This document shows positions 27,665-38,072 of a stretch of DNA of 64,000 nucleotides, in pieces. Location: assembly GCA_045627905.1 (NCBI GenBank), contig JAZQOO010000006.1, positions 6,301 through 70,300 of the forward strand, read 5' to 3'. The position numbers were made by a program, and so were the translations under genes. The stretch's first letter is position 1. Each line of letters opens with the position of its first letter. The DNA comes from Lachnospiraceae bacterium (GTDB lineage Bacteria; Bacillota; Clostridia; Lachnospirales; Lachnospiraceae). The notes under the pieces were generated by a model, which worked only from the letters and a program-made list of their open reading frames with translations, did no database searches and was not told the DNA's origin.

Positions 27665-28981
27665 ATGAACGAACAAATAATAAAAGAATTAAGCGACTTT
27701 CTAAAGAATTCGCCGACAGCTTTTCACGCAGTTGAGACAATATCAAATATATTAAATAAAGAAGGCTATACATGTCTTTCAGAAGCTGATAAATTTAAAA
27801 TAGTTCCAGGTGGAAAGTATTACATAACTAGAAATCGTTCGTCAATTATTGCATTTAATATAAGTGAAAATGTTGAGGATTATTCATTTAGAATCATGGC
27901 ATCGCATTCAGATTCTCCAACATTTAAAATAAAAGAAAAGTCGGAATTAGTTGTAAAAGACCATTATTCAAAGCTAAATACTGAGGGCTATGGTGGTATG
28001 ATTTGTTCTACATGGTTTGACAGACCTCTATCAGTAGCTGGCAGGGTTATGGTTCAGAATGGTGATAACATAGAAACGAAGCTGATAAGGCTTAATCGTG
28101 ATTTATGTATGATTCCAAGCCTTGCAATTCACATGGACAGAAATGTTAACGAAGGACATAGCTTCAACAAGCAGGTAGATATGCTACCGCTTATTGGCAG
28201 TGAACAGTTTACAGATGGGTCATTATATAAGCTTATTGCAGAAGAGTGCGGTATTGATTTTGGAAGTATTGTAAGTGCAGATTTATATTTGTATAATCGA
28301 ATGGAAGCTACAGTATGGGGTGCACAAAACGAATATTTTTCTGCGCCAAAGCTAGATGATTTGCAGTGTGCATATGCCACATTAAAAGGTTTTATAAAGT
28401 CCACGCCAGTATGTGGAGTAAATGTTTTTGTATGCTTTGATAATGAAGAAGTAGGCAGTACGACTAAGCAGGGAGCTGTATCAACATTCATGAGTGATGT
28501 TTTATGGCGTATTAATTCTTCACTTGCAAAAAATGATGAGGATTATTTTAGGGCGATGGCAGAAAGCTTTATGATAAGCTGTGATAACGCTCATGCAGTT
28601 CATCCTAATTATCCAGATAAAACAGACCAAAATAACTGCGCATATCTGAATGGAGGAATTGTTATTAAATCCCACGCAGGACAAAAGTATACGAGTGATG
28701 GTGTCAGTATTGCGATATTTAAGTCAATATGTAAAAAGTCAGGCGTACCATTCCAGTATTTTGCTAATCGCTCGGATATGGCAGGCGGATCAACGTTAGG
28801 TAATCTTGCAATGACGCATGTTTCTGTGAATGCGCTGGATGTAGGACTTCCGCAGTTATCGATGCATTCTAGTTACGAAACATGTGGTGTAAATGATACA
28901 TGCTACCTTGTAGATGCAAGTAAAACATTTTATAGCAGTAAAATTACATCAGAACGTGATGGAGATTATTCAATCATTTAG
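27665..28981 (+). CDS. M18-family aminopeptidase
   Basis: Length and motifs typical of M18 (F.I.ASHSDSP.FK.K...; FDNEEVGS.T.QGA; HA.HPNYPDK...; SMHS..E). Confidence 0.85.
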   Translation: MNEQIIKELSDFLKNSPTAFHAVETISNILNKEGYTCLSEADKFKIVPGGKYYITRNRSSIIAFNISENVEDYSFRIMASHSDSPTFKIKEKSELVVKDHYSKLNTEGYGGMICSTWFDRPLSVAGRVMVQNGDNIETKLIRLNRDLCMIPSLAIHMDRNVNEGHSFNKQVDMLPLIGSEQFTDGSLYKLIAEECGIDFGSIVSADLYLYNRMEATVWGAQNEYFSAPKLDDLQCAYATLKGFIKSTPVCGVNVFVCFDNEEVGSTTKQGAVSTFMSDVLWRINSSLAKNDEDYFRAMAESFMISCDNAHAVHPNYPDKTDQNNCAYLNGGIVIKSHAGQKYTSDGVSIAIFKSICKKSGVPFQYFANRSDMAGGSTLGNLAMTHVSVNALDVGLPQLSMHSSYETCGVNDTCYLVDASKTFYSSKITSERDGDYSII

Positions 28982-29022
28982 TGAAAATAGCCATACAGGC
29001 TTGAGAACATGGGAGACAGGTA

Positions 29023-31137
29023 ATGGATGATATTAGTAAGTCAGTTGTAAAAAAAGATCATAAAGAAAAAATGAGCGGAAAAGCTGTATATGCCCCAGAT
29101 TTCTCACTTGATGGGATGATATATGGTAAGGTAGTGCGCTCTAAGGTGGCACATGGAAGAATTAAAGAAATAAAGCTTCCAAAACTTCCAGAGGGCTATT
29201 TTTCAGTAGATGCATCAGATATTCCTGGAGAGCAGGGTGTAAAGATTATTACAAGTGATTTGCCTATATTCAATAATGATGAAATAAGGCATATGGCAGA
29301 ATCTATACTTATGATAGTCGGACCAGATATTAAAAAGGTTAGAGAACTTGCAGATAGTGTTGAAATAGAATATGAAGAGTTAAAAGCCGTATATACAATA
29401 GATGAGGCAACGGAAACAATTGTTGAATATTCATATAAGGCAGGAGAAGCAGTTGATGATGTATTTTCAAGAGCTTCAAAGATAGTAGAAGAGACATTTG
29501 AAACAGGATATCAGGAGCAGGCATACATAGAACCACAGGGAGCGATTGGTCACTGGCATGATGGAATAATTACAGTTTATGGCTCTATGCAATGTCCGTT
29601 TTATGTGAGAGATGCACTCATGCAGGCACTTTCACTTGATGAAGAACATGCACAGGTAATACAGACTACAACAGGTGGTGGATTCGGTGGAAAAGAGGAT
29701 TATGCATCTTTGTTAGGCTGTCAGGTTGCAATCGCATCATATAAAACAGGTAAGCCTGTGAAAATGATTTTAGATAGAAGAGATGATATGTCAACGACGA
29801 CAAAGCGACATCCGGCTAAGCTTACATATAAAGCGGCGATTGATGAAAATAATAAGGTTGTTGCTATTAAGGCAGACATAAGACTTAATGCCGGTGCATA
29901 TGAAGGATTATCCAGAGTGGTGCTCCAAAGAAGTATCATTGTGGCATGTGGTGTATACAATATTCCAAATGTAGAAGTGTATGGTGCTGCAATGCGTACT
30001 AATACTGTTAATAATGGTGCTTTTAGAGGTTTTGGAGCTCCTCAGAGTGTTTTTGCAGTGGAAACACTTATGAACCATATTGCTAGACAGCTTTCAGTAG
30101 ATGAGCTGGATTTCAAGATGCGTCATTTTGTAAAGCAGGGTGATTCAACATCTACTGGTGGAAAATTTCATCATCATGTATCACTTAATGAGCTTGTCGA
30201 AAAGGCCTGCGAGCTTTCAGAATACAGAAGTAAGCATAAAGAATATTCAATGGAGCAGTCTGGAAGGTATAGAAGAGGTATAGGAATGTCTATATTCCTT
30301 CATGGGTGTGGATTTACCGGCGCGGCTGAAAAGGATTTCATAAAAGCTAAGCTAAAGCTAGAGAAATATGAAGATGGTACAGTAGAAATACTTGCAAGTA
30401 ATACAGACATTGGGCAGGGTCTCAAAACTACATTTAGTAAAGTGGCTGCAAAAGAGCTTGATATTCCGTTAGACAAAGTAATAGTAAAAAATCCAGATAC
30501 ATTCAGAGTTCCTAATTCTGGACCTACGGCAGCTTCGCGTTCACTATTAATTACAGGAAAACTTATTGAAAGAGCCGCCAGAAAGCTAAAGCATGAATGG
30601 AAGGATTCAGAACATCAAATAATAATAGAGAATTATGAGCATCCGGACTTTATGATTCCATGGGATATATACGCATTTAGTGGAGATGCGTATCCAACAT
30701 ATGCATATGGTGTAAACGTGATAGAAACAGAACTCGATACTGTTACAGGAAATACAAGACTTATTGATGTTACTGGTGTGTTTGATGTTGGAAAATGTGT
30801 TGATGAAACTATAATGCGCGGACAGGCTGAAGGTGGAATGTTGCAGGGCATTGGATATGGTTCGATGGAGAAAATGGAGAGTGTTAACGGGGTTATAAAA
30901 CAGTCAAGCTTTACTGACTATATGATTCCAACAGCTATGGATACAGTTCCTTTTAAAATCGCCTTTATAGATAACCCTTACGAAGGTGGCCCGTCTGGTG
31001 CAAAGGGTGCGGGAGAGCTTACTTTAGTAGGTGCAGCACCAGCATATGAGGCAGCTATTGAACAGGCAACAAAAGTAGATATGTTTAGTATTCCTGTTAC
31101 ACCAGAGAAAATAATAAAAGCAGTTAGCAGGGAATAA
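29023..31137 (+). CDS. Xanthine dehydrogenase/aldehyde oxidase-family molybdopterin-binding large subunit
   Basis: a/b-hammerhead N-terminus (GKAVYAPDF...G.VVRS..AHGRI) and Mo-binding motifs (GGGFGGKE; FRGFGAPQ; GQGL.T; GAGE). Confidence 0.9.
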   Translation: MDDISKSVVKKDHKEKMSGKAVYAPDFSLDGMIYGKVVRSKVAHGRIKEIKLPKLPEGYFSVDASDIPGEQGVKIITSDLPIFNNDEIRHMAESILMIVGPDIKKVRELADSVEIEYEELKAVYTIDEATETIVEYSYKAGEAVDDVFSRASKIVEETFETGYQEQAYIEPQGAIGHWHDGIITVYGSMQCPFYVRDALMQALSLDEEHAQVIQTTTGGGFGGKEDYASLLGCQVAIASYKTGKPVKMILDRRDDMSTTTKRHPAKLTYKAAIDENNKVVAIKADIRLNAGAYEGLSRVVLQRSIIVACGVYNIPNVEVYGAAMRTNTVNNGAFRGFGAPQSVFAVETLMNHIARQLSVDELDFKMRHFVKQGDSTSTGGKFHHHVSLNELVEKACELSEYRSKHKEYSMEQSGRYRRGIGMSIFLHGCGFTGAAEKDFIKAKLKLEKYEDGTVEILASNTDIGQGLKTTFSKVAAKELDIPLDKVIVKNPDTFRVPNSGPTAASRSLLITGKLIERAARKLKHEWKDSEHQIIIENYEHPDFMIPWDIYAFSGDAYPTYAYGVNVIETELDTVTGNTRLIDVTGVFDVGKCVDETIMRGQAEGGMLQGIGYGSMEKMESVNGVIKQSSFTDYMIPTAMDTVPFKIAFIDNPYEGGPSGAKGAGELTLVGAAPAYEAAIEQATKVDMFSIPVTPEKIIKAVSRE

Positions 31138-31151
31138 CAAAGGTAAAGATT

Positions 31152-31619
31152 ATGATAGATTTTATTTTAAACGGAAAAAATGTAAGTACAGATGCGAAGC
31201 CAAATGAAAGGCTGTTAGATGTATTAAGGAATGAATTTGGTATGAGAGGCCCTAAAGAAGGCTGCGGTGAAGGTGAATGTGGTGCATGTGCCGTTATTGT
31301 AAATGGATGCCTCATGAATTCATGTGTTACAGCAATTGGTTCAGTTAAATCAAGAAGTGTTATTACACTTGATGGCTTCAGAGAAACAAAGCAGTATAAG
31401 GTTTTAGAGGATGCATATGCAAAGTGTGGAGCTGTTCAGTGTGGTTTCTGTACTCCGGGAATGATTATGGCAAGTCAGGTACTTTTAATGCATAACCCAC
31501 ATCCTACAGATGAAGAAATCAGAGAGGGACTATCTGGAAATTTGTGCAGGTGTACAGGCTATAATATGATAGTTGATGCTGTAAAAACAGCCTCAGAAAA
31601 GGGGGATGGACTATGGTAA
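31152..31619 (+). CDS. (2Fe-2S)-binding small subunit of the molybdoenzyme
   Basis: CGEGECGACAV plus CGFCTPG and CRCTGY cluster motifs. Confidence 0.9.
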   Translation: MIDFILNGKNVSTDAKPNERLLDVLRNEFGMRGPKEGCGEGECGACAVIVNGCLMNSCVTAIGSVKSRSVITLDGFRETKQYKVLEDAYAKCGAVQCGFCTPGMIMASQVLLMHNPHPTDEEIREGLSGNLCRCTGYNMIVDAVKTASEKGDGLW

Positions 31620-32446
31620 CAGGACATTATCCTAACACTTTACAGGAAGCGTTAGAATATAGGAAAGACCATAAAGACGCGCTTTTAATTACTGGTGGTA
31701 CAGATGTAATGGTTGTAAAAAAGAGCGCAGAGCATATTATTTTTCTGAACAATATTGAGGAGCTTAAGCACGTAGAAGATAATGGTGTAGATATTTGTAT
31801 TGGAGCAGGAGCTGTATATACAGACCTTATTAATAATGCTATTGTTCCAGAAATACTTAAGATGGCAATGAGAAAAATTGCTTCTCCAGCAATAAGAAGT
31901 GCAGGAACTGTTGCGGGTAATATATGCAATGCTTCTCCAGCAGGTGATACACTTCCAATATTGTATGCTCTTGATGCAAGTGTTATACTCAAGTCGTTAA
32001 GGTCTGATGAAATAGTAACACGTATAGTGCCTATAGAAGAATTTATTCTTGGAATAAGAAAGATTGATTTGCAGCCAGACGAAATAGTCACAGAAATAAG
32101 AATACCAAAGGCTGGCTATGAAAATGCCACTAAAGTATATTATGAAAAAGTAGGGGCAAGAAGGTCAGAAGCGATTTCTAAGCTTTCATTTGTTGGTATA
32201 TACAGGCTTGACAATGACAAAATAAGCGATATGAGGTTCGCATTTGGTTCTGTAGGAATCACTGTTCAAAGATTTAAAGATATAGAGAAGAAGTTTACTA
32301 CTCTTTCTTTAAGTGAGGTCAGAGATAATGAAACTGAATATATCAGTGAGATAATGAGTAGAATACATCCTATTGACGATCAAAGATCGAGCGCGGAGTA
32401 TCGAATCAGCGTATGTAAGAATCTACTTAAGGATTTTATTTTATAG
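31613..32446 (+). CDS. FAD-binding medium subunit (CO dehydrogenase flavoprotein-like)
   Basis: LITGGTDVMV and AGTVAGNICNASPAGD motifs. Overlaps the small-subunit stop. Confidence 0.85.
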   Translation: MVTGHYPNTLQEALEYRKDHKDALLITGGTDVMVVKKSAEHIIFLNNIEELKHVEDNGVDICIGAGAVYTDLINNAIVPEILKMAMRKIASPAIRSAGTVAGNICNASPAGDTLPILYALDASVILKSLRSDEIVTRIVPIEEFILGIRKIDLQPDEIVTEIRIPKAGYENATKVYYEKVGARRSEAISKLSFVGIYRLDNDKISDMRFAFGSVGITVQRFKDIEKKFTTLSLSEVRDNETEYISEIMSRIHPIDDQRSSAEYRISVCKNLLKDFIL

Positions 32447-32483
32447 ACATAGTTTGAAAATAATGATAAACGAGGATTACAGT

Positions 32484-34145
32484 ATGAAGACAAAACAGAG
32501 CACATTATTTATTATGTTAATAATGGCAGTAACATTTCTGTGTGGATGTGGTGCAAATAAAAGTACGGAAGGGTATTTGTGCACATATGCTGATGGCTCT
32601 CCGCTGACTATTGATTCGATTTGGTCTTCGGATTCGGGCTCGGATGAAATAATCAGTAACACACAGTCTGCACTATTTAGACGACGCGGAGATGGAAGCA
32701 TGACTCCTGATTTGGCAGAAAGCTATGATGTATCTGATGATGGAACTGTGTATACATTCCATTTAAGAGATACAAAGTGGTCAAATGGTGAACAGGTAAC
32801 TGCGAGTGACTTTGTGTTCGGTATGCGTGAATATTTGCGTCTTGGTGGTGGAATGCCAGGTGTATTTATTGAGATGGCACATATAAAAAATGCTGCAGAG
32901 ATTTATTATGGAGATGATAACGGTAATCATTTACCAGTAGAGGAACTAGGCATAAGAGCTATAGACGATAAAACGCTAGAGATAACTTTGGAGAGACCAG
33001 TAAGCTATTTCTTATCCTTATTATCTCTTAGAAATTTTGCACCAATAAATGAACAGTTTTATAAAAGTCAGGAAGAGGGGATGTATGCAACAGGACCTAA
33101 TACAATTATTTGTTCTGGCGCGTTTACAATAGAAGATTATATTCCGGGTACAACAACAGTTTTAGTTAAGAAAAATTCATATTACTGGGATGCTGATAAT
33201 GTGAAATTGCCGGGAATTAAATTTATGACTATAGATGACGCAGATACTGCTGTTGCGGCATTTAAGATTAAGGCATTAGATTCTACGAGAATAAGTACTG
33301 CTAATCGTAATGATTGCTTAAATGATGAAGAGCTTGGAAAATATTTGCAGGATTATACATTGGGAGCATTCACATATTTAATAGTTAATTTGGATGAAGC
33401 TTCAAACATAAAAACATGTCAGAATAGAAATCTAAGGCTTGCAATATCGAATGCGCTTGATAGAGACTCAATGTGTAAGAATATTTTGAATGGTAGCGCA
33501 CAGCCTTGTTATACGCCACTGCCACAGGGTACTTTTTTTAATAAGGATACAGAAGAGGATTTCATAACAGACATAAAAGCTTATAGTGAATACTGTGATT
33601 TTAATGTTAAACGTGCGCAGGAATGCTTCGAGGAAGCAAAAAAAGAACTCGGAATGGATAAAATCACACTTTCACTTATGATTCCGTCCACTAGCACAAA
33701 GATAGGGCAGGTCATTAAGGAACAACTTGAACGTAATCTTAAAGGACTTACTGTAAATCTTGATGTTGTTCAGTTTGGAGAGATGCTTACACGAAGAGAT
33801 AGTCACGATTTTGAAATTACTATAACCAGTTATCTTCCAGATTTTATCGATCCAATGGCGTTATTACTTTTATACGTAGATGATAACGAGCTAAATTCTG
33901 CATCATTCCATAGTGATGAATTTATGGAAATATATAATAAATGTGATATTGGTGAGTATTCTTCCGATTATGCAAAACGTTGGGAGGCAATGCAGACAGC
34001 GCTTGAGTTTCCAGCAAAGGAACAGGCGGTCATACCGCTTTATGTACTCAACAGATCCGTTCTTTCTTATGATAATCTTAAAGGAGTGGATTATTTAGTT
34101 GGTGGACCGGTTATATATCAGGATGCATATAGGGAGGAGCCGTAA
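32484..34145 (+). CDS. Peptide ABC transporter substrate-binding lipoprotein (SBP family 5, OppA-like)
   Basis: I chose the ATG at 32484 (GAGGA RBS), which gives the lipoprotein signal MKTKQSTLFIMLIMAVTFLCGCG. The ORF-track start at 32373 would overlap the upstream gene by 74 nt. Confidence 0.85.
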   Translation: MKTKQSTLFIMLIMAVTFLCGCGANKSTEGYLCTYADGSPLTIDSIWSSDSGSDEIISNTQSALFRRRGDGSMTPDLAESYDVSDDGTVYTFHLRDTKWSNGEQVTASDFVFGMREYLRLGGGMPGVFIEMAHIKNAAEIYYGDDNGNHLPVEELGIRAIDDKTLEITLERPVSYFLSLLSLRNFAPINEQFYKSQEEGMYATGPNTIICSGAFTIEDYIPGTTTVLVKKNSYYWDADNVKLPGIKFMTIDDADTAVAAFKIKALDSTRISTANRNDCLNDEELGKYLQDYTLGAFTYLIVNLDEASNIKTCQNRNLRLAISNALDRDSMCKNILNGSAQPCYTPLPQGTFFNKDTEEDFITDIKAYSEYCDFNVKRAQECFEEAKKELGMDKITLSLMIPSTSTKIGQVIKEQLERNLKGLTVNLDVVQFGEMLTRRDSHDFEITITSYLPDFIDPMALLLLYVDDNELNSASFHSDEFMEIYNKCDIGEYSSDYAKRWEAMQTALEFPAKEQAVIPLYVLNRSVLSYDNLKGVDYLVGGPVIYQDAYREEP

Positions 34146-35080
34146 TGAATAATTATTTTGTGAAAAGAACAGTTATGTCGTTAGTGACGTTAATTATTAT
34201 TTCATTTGCATTATTTAGTTTAGTAAGAATTATTCCTGGAAATCCATTTCCAACTGAGAAGCTGACGGAGAAGCAGATAGAAATAAAAAGACAGGCTTTA
34301 GGGCTGGATGACCCGATAATTGTACAGTATGTGAGGTACATTAAGAACATACTTAAGGGTGATTTAGGGACAGGAACGGCTCTTTATAACGGAGCGCCAA
34401 TTAAGGCGGTACTAGGTACATGTATTAAAAATTCATTGCTAGTTGGTGGTGAGGCGATTCTTTTAGGAGTGACGTTTGGAATATTGCTAGGGGTTCTTGC
34501 AGCATTATATAAGGGTAGCTTTTTTGACGGCTTATGTTCTTTTGTTAGTATAGCTGGTATTTGTGTTCCATCATATGTATTTATGATTATACTCCAGAAT
34601 GTGTTCTGCTTTAGAATACCTGTTTTCCCTATTTTGTTTGACCAGAGTGATTTCTTTAAATCAACCTTGTTACCATCTATTTCGCTGGCATTTGTTTCGT
34701 CTGCAACTATTGCAAGATTTACAAGAAATGAAATGAGAGCCGTATTAGGTAGCGATTTTGTTGCACTTGCAAAATCAAAAGGTATGGACGGAATGGAGCT
34801 AATGTTTAAACATGTTTTAAGAAATGCCCTGATACCGATTATTACTGTAATAGGACCTATAGTTGTTGGGTTACTGACAGGAGCGCTTGTTACAGAGAAA
34901 ATATATGGAATCAACGGTATTGGAAAGCTAATGTCAGACGCAATTTCCGGGTCTGCTGTTGATTATAATTATGTACTTATTCTTGGTATGCTATATGCGA
35001 CAATGTATATTGTTATTATGTATATTTTAGATATATTATATGGAATTGTTGACCCTAGAATACGTTTGAAAGGAGAATGA
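34145..35080 (+). CDS. Peptide ABC transporter permease (OppB/DppB-like)
   Basis: BPD_transp_1-type permease, 6 TM, and the N-terminal FVKRTVMSLVTLIIISF motif. Confidence 0.9.
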   Translation: MNNYFVKRTVMSLVTLIIISFALFSLVRIIPGNPFPTEKLTEKQIEIKRQALGLDDPIIVQYVRYIKNILKGDLGTGTALYNGAPIKAVLGTCIKNSLLVGGEAILLGVTFGILLGVLAALYKGSFFDGLCSFVSIAGICVPSYVFMIILQNVFCFRIPVFPILFDQSDFFKSTLLPSISLAFVSSATIARFTRNEMRAVLGSDFVALAKSKGMDGMELMFKHVLRNALIPIITVIGPIVVGLLTGALVTEKIYGINGIGKLMSDAISGSAVDYNYVLILGMLYATMYIVIMYILDILYGIVDPRIRLKGE

Positions 35081-36051
35081 ATATGACGAATCAGGATTTT
35101 ACCTTTCATCCTTTTGTTGAAGAAGAAAAAAGAAATATTGAAAAGGAAGAGTCTTACTATAAAAAGGTAATACGCAGATATTTCAGTAAAAAGAAATACG
35201 CAGCGGCACTTATTTTAATTGTAGTATTAGTGTTGTGTGCTATATTTGCACCAATGTTATCAAATCATAAATATACTCAGAGTGTAAGAGTTTCAGAAGA
35301 TGGTAATGAGGTTGTGGCAACAAATATTCCACCACAGATAGGTAATGCAGGTAGTACAGAGACATTTGGTAATGTTACATTTTTATTTGGAACAGACGAT
35401 TTAGGACGAGACCTGTTTACAAGAGTGTGGATGGGAACGAGAATATCCTTGATTATTGCTATAATCAGTATATTAATCAATGTTATTATTGGAACAGGAT
35501 ATGGAATGATATCTGGATATGCAGGTGGTATGACGGACAGCGTTATGCAGAGATTTATTGAGATAATAAATAGTGTCCCAAGTCTTGTTATGGTTGCTGT
35601 TCTTGCTATTTTTGTACCAAAGGGTGTAGGTCTTGTATTAATAATGCTTATATTGATTGGATGGATAGATGTAAGCCGAATCGCAAGAACTGGAACTATG
35701 CGAGTGAAAAATCTCGAGTACGTGATGGCGAGCAGAACTATGGGTGCTAGTGATGCAAGAATTATTTTCAAAACAATTCTTCCAAATATTTTTGAACCAA
35801 TAGTTACTCAGATTATCATTTCTGTGCCAGAAGCAATTTTTGTAGAGGCATTTTTGAGCTTTGTAGGTGTAGGAATCGTTCCACCAGACTGCTCACTTGG
35901 TTCACTTATTCAGGATGGCTTTACTCATGTGTTGTCTCATCCATACCAGATAGTTGCACCTGTTATGGTGCTTGCGTTGCTTATGATTAGCTTTAATTAC
36001 ATTGGGGAAGGAATCGGATATGCGCTCGCCTCAGGAAAGGATGGTTTATAA
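35077..36051 (+). CDS. Peptide ABC transporter permease (OppC/DppC-like)
   Basis: OppC-type N-terminal extension, FGTDDLGRD motif, and the EAA loop region. Confidence 0.9.
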   Translation: MNMTNQDFTFHPFVEEEKRNIEKEESYYKKVIRRYFSKKKYAAALILIVVLVLCAIFAPMLSNHKYTQSVRVSEDGNEVVATNIPPQIGNAGSTETFGNVTFLFGTDDLGRDLFTRVWMGTRISLIIAIISILINVIIGTGYGMISGYAGGMTDSVMQRFIEIINSVPSLVMVAVLAIFVPKGVGLVLIMLILIGWIDVSRIARTGTMRVKNLEYVMASRTMGASDARIIFKTILPNIFEPIVTQIIISVPEAIFVEAFLSFVGVGIVPPDCSLGSLIQDGFTHVLSHPYQIVAPVMVLALLMISFNYIGEGIGYALASGKDGL

Positions 36052-37143
36052 ATGGAAGATAAAGTGATGCTTGAATTTAAAAACCTGAATTTATATTTTA
36101 ATGCTGCAGATGGAGAATCGCATATTTTAAGAGGCGTTGATATAGAACTAAAAAAGGGTCAGTGTATAGCAATAGTTGGTGAATCAGGTTCAGGAAAGTC
36201 TGTTTCAGTTAAAACTGCTGTAGGGCTTTCGGACGATAACGCAAAATTTGGTGATGGTGAAGTGTTATACCATTACACAGATGATTCAGGCAAAGAAGTA
36301 ACTGTTGATATATTGAAAAAAGATATAAAGTGGATTAGAAAGAACATTAATGGAGAAAGAATAGCCTATGTATTTCAGGATCCTATGACAAGTCTTGACC
36401 CGCTTATGACGATAGAGAACCAGCTGATAGAGGGTATGCTTATTCATAAGAAGGCAGATAAGACTACTGCCAAAAAGCAGGCAAGAGAGCTTTTGTTAGA
36501 GGTAGGAATAAATAATGTAGATAAAGTACTGAAATCATATCCACACGAATTATCAGGTGGAATGAGACAGCGAGTTGTTATTGCAATTGCTCTTTCCTGC
36601 GACCCTGAAATATTGATTTGTGATGAACCAACTACAGCACTTGATGTAACAATGCAAGATAAAATACTTGATTTAATAACGGGTCTTCAGGTAAAAAGAG
36701 GACTTTCTGTTATATTTATTACTCATAATCTTGGTGTTGTATCAAAAGTAGCAGATTATATTTATGTGTTATATGCTGGAAAAGTTGTTGAAAAGGGAAC
36801 TGAGATTGATATATTCTTTGATCCTAGACACCCATACACGTGGGGACTACTTTCAGCTATGCCAAGCCTCGATACTACGGATAGCAGATTGTATACAATA
36901 CCTGGTGCACCGCCTAATAGAGCGGAGAAAATTGTAGGAGATGCTTTTGCGCCAAGAAACAGGTATGCTCTTGAAATTGATTTTAAAGAAGAACCACCGA
37001 TGTTTAAAATATCAGAGACACATTATGCTGCAACATGGCTTTTAGATGAAAGAGCACCTAAGGTAGAAGTCCCTGAAGAGGTAAAGCATAAGATTAATAA
37101 GATGAAGGAGGACTTTGCTAATGAATCAAGACGAGCTGATTAA
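36052..37143 (+). CDS. Peptide ABC transporter ATP-binding protein (OppD-like)
   Basis: Walker A GESGSGKS, signature LSGGMRQR, Walker B LICDEPTTALD, and an oligopeptide C-terminal extension (HPYT). Confidence 0.9.
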   Translation: MEDKVMLEFKNLNLYFNAADGESHILRGVDIELKKGQCIAIVGESGSGKSVSVKTAVGLSDDNAKFGDGEVLYHYTDDSGKEVTVDILKKDIKWIRKNINGERIAYVFQDPMTSLDPLMTIENQLIEGMLIHKKADKTTAKKQARELLLEVGINNVDKVLKSYPHELSGGMRQRVVIAIALSCDPEILICDEPTTALDVTMQDKILDLITGLQVKRGLSVIFITHNLGVVSKVADYIYVLYAGKVVEKGTEIDIFFDPRHPYTWGLLSAMPSLDTTDSRLYTIPGAPPNRAEKIVGDAFAPRNRYALEIDFKEEPPMFKISETHYAATWLLDERAPKVEVPEEVKHKINKMKEDFANESRRAD

Positions 37144-37999
37144 AGTGGAAGGCCTTAAAAAATATTTTGGTGCTGTAAAAGCAGTTGATGATATCAGTTT
37201 TTCAATTAATAAAGGCGAAATATTTGGACTAGTAGGTGAGTCGGGCTCTGGTAAGTCAACTATCGGAAAATGCATTATCAGACTTGAAAATCCTACAGAG
37301 GGAAGCATTGTATTTAAAGGACACGAAATTGGTGGTAATCTGGATAAAGAGAATACTAAAATTTTACGTTCAGGAATACAGATGATATATCAGGACCCTA
37401 TGGCATCACTTAATCCACGACTTACAATAGGAGAGATTATTGGTGAAGGACTCGATATAAGAAAGCTTTATACATCTAGACAGGAAAGAAGAACAAAAAT
37501 AGAAAATATGATGCTAAAGGTTGGGTTAAATCCAGCATATTACGACAGATATCCAGCTCAGTTTTCGGGTGGTCAGAGACAGAGAGCAGGAATAGCCAGA
37601 GTTCTTCTTATGGAGCCAGAGCTTATAATTGCAGATGAATGTATTTCAGCTCTTGATGTTTCTGTTCAGGCTCAGGTAGTTAATCTTTTAAAGGAGCTTA
37701 GACAGGAGCTTAATACGGCGATGCTTTTTATTGCACATGATTTGTCAATGGTTAAATATATTTCAGACCGTATTGGTGTATTACATCTTGGACATTTAGT
37801 GGAAATTGGAACAACAGAAGAGATTTTTAAAAATCCAATGCATCCGTATACGAGGAGCCTTGTTGCAACTATACCGACAACTAATCCTGTAATAGAAAAA
37901 TTCAAGACTAAGGTTACATTTGATTATCATACTAGCGGACTTGATTATTCTAAGGGGAAAATGGAATGCGTAGAAGGAACGCACTACGTGCTCAAATAG
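37121..37999 (+). CDS. Peptide ABC transporter ATP-binding protein (OppF-like)
   Basis: Walker A GESGSGKST, signature FSGGQRQR, Walker B IIADECISALD. I preferred the ATG at 37121 to the TTG at 37115. Confidence 0.9.
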   Translation: MNQDELIKVEGLKKYFGAVKAVDDISFSINKGEIFGLVGESGSGKSTIGKCIIRLENPTEGSIVFKGHEIGGNLDKENTKILRSGIQMIYQDPMASLNPRLTIGEIIGEGLDIRKLYTSRQERRTKIENMMLKVGLNPAYYDRYPAQFSGGQRQRAGIARVLLMEPELIIADECISALDVSVQAQVVNLLKELRQELNTAMLFIAHDLSMVKYISDRIGVLHLGHLVEIGTTEEIFKNPMHPYTRSLVATIPTTNPVIEKFKTKVTFDYHTSGLDYSKGKMECVEGTHYVLK

Positions 38000-38072
38000 G
38001 GTGCCGATGACATATCAATGAGCTTTCGAAGAAAGTGAGTTGATGATACATATTAAATAAGGAATTACTTAA

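Noticed and set aside
32373-32483. ORF-track start that extends the OppA-like gene 111 nt upstream, overlapping the FAD-subunit gene.
   Set aside because: The internal ATG at 32484 has a GAGGA RBS and yields a textbook lipoprotein signal peptide. The extension encodes no recognisable sequence.
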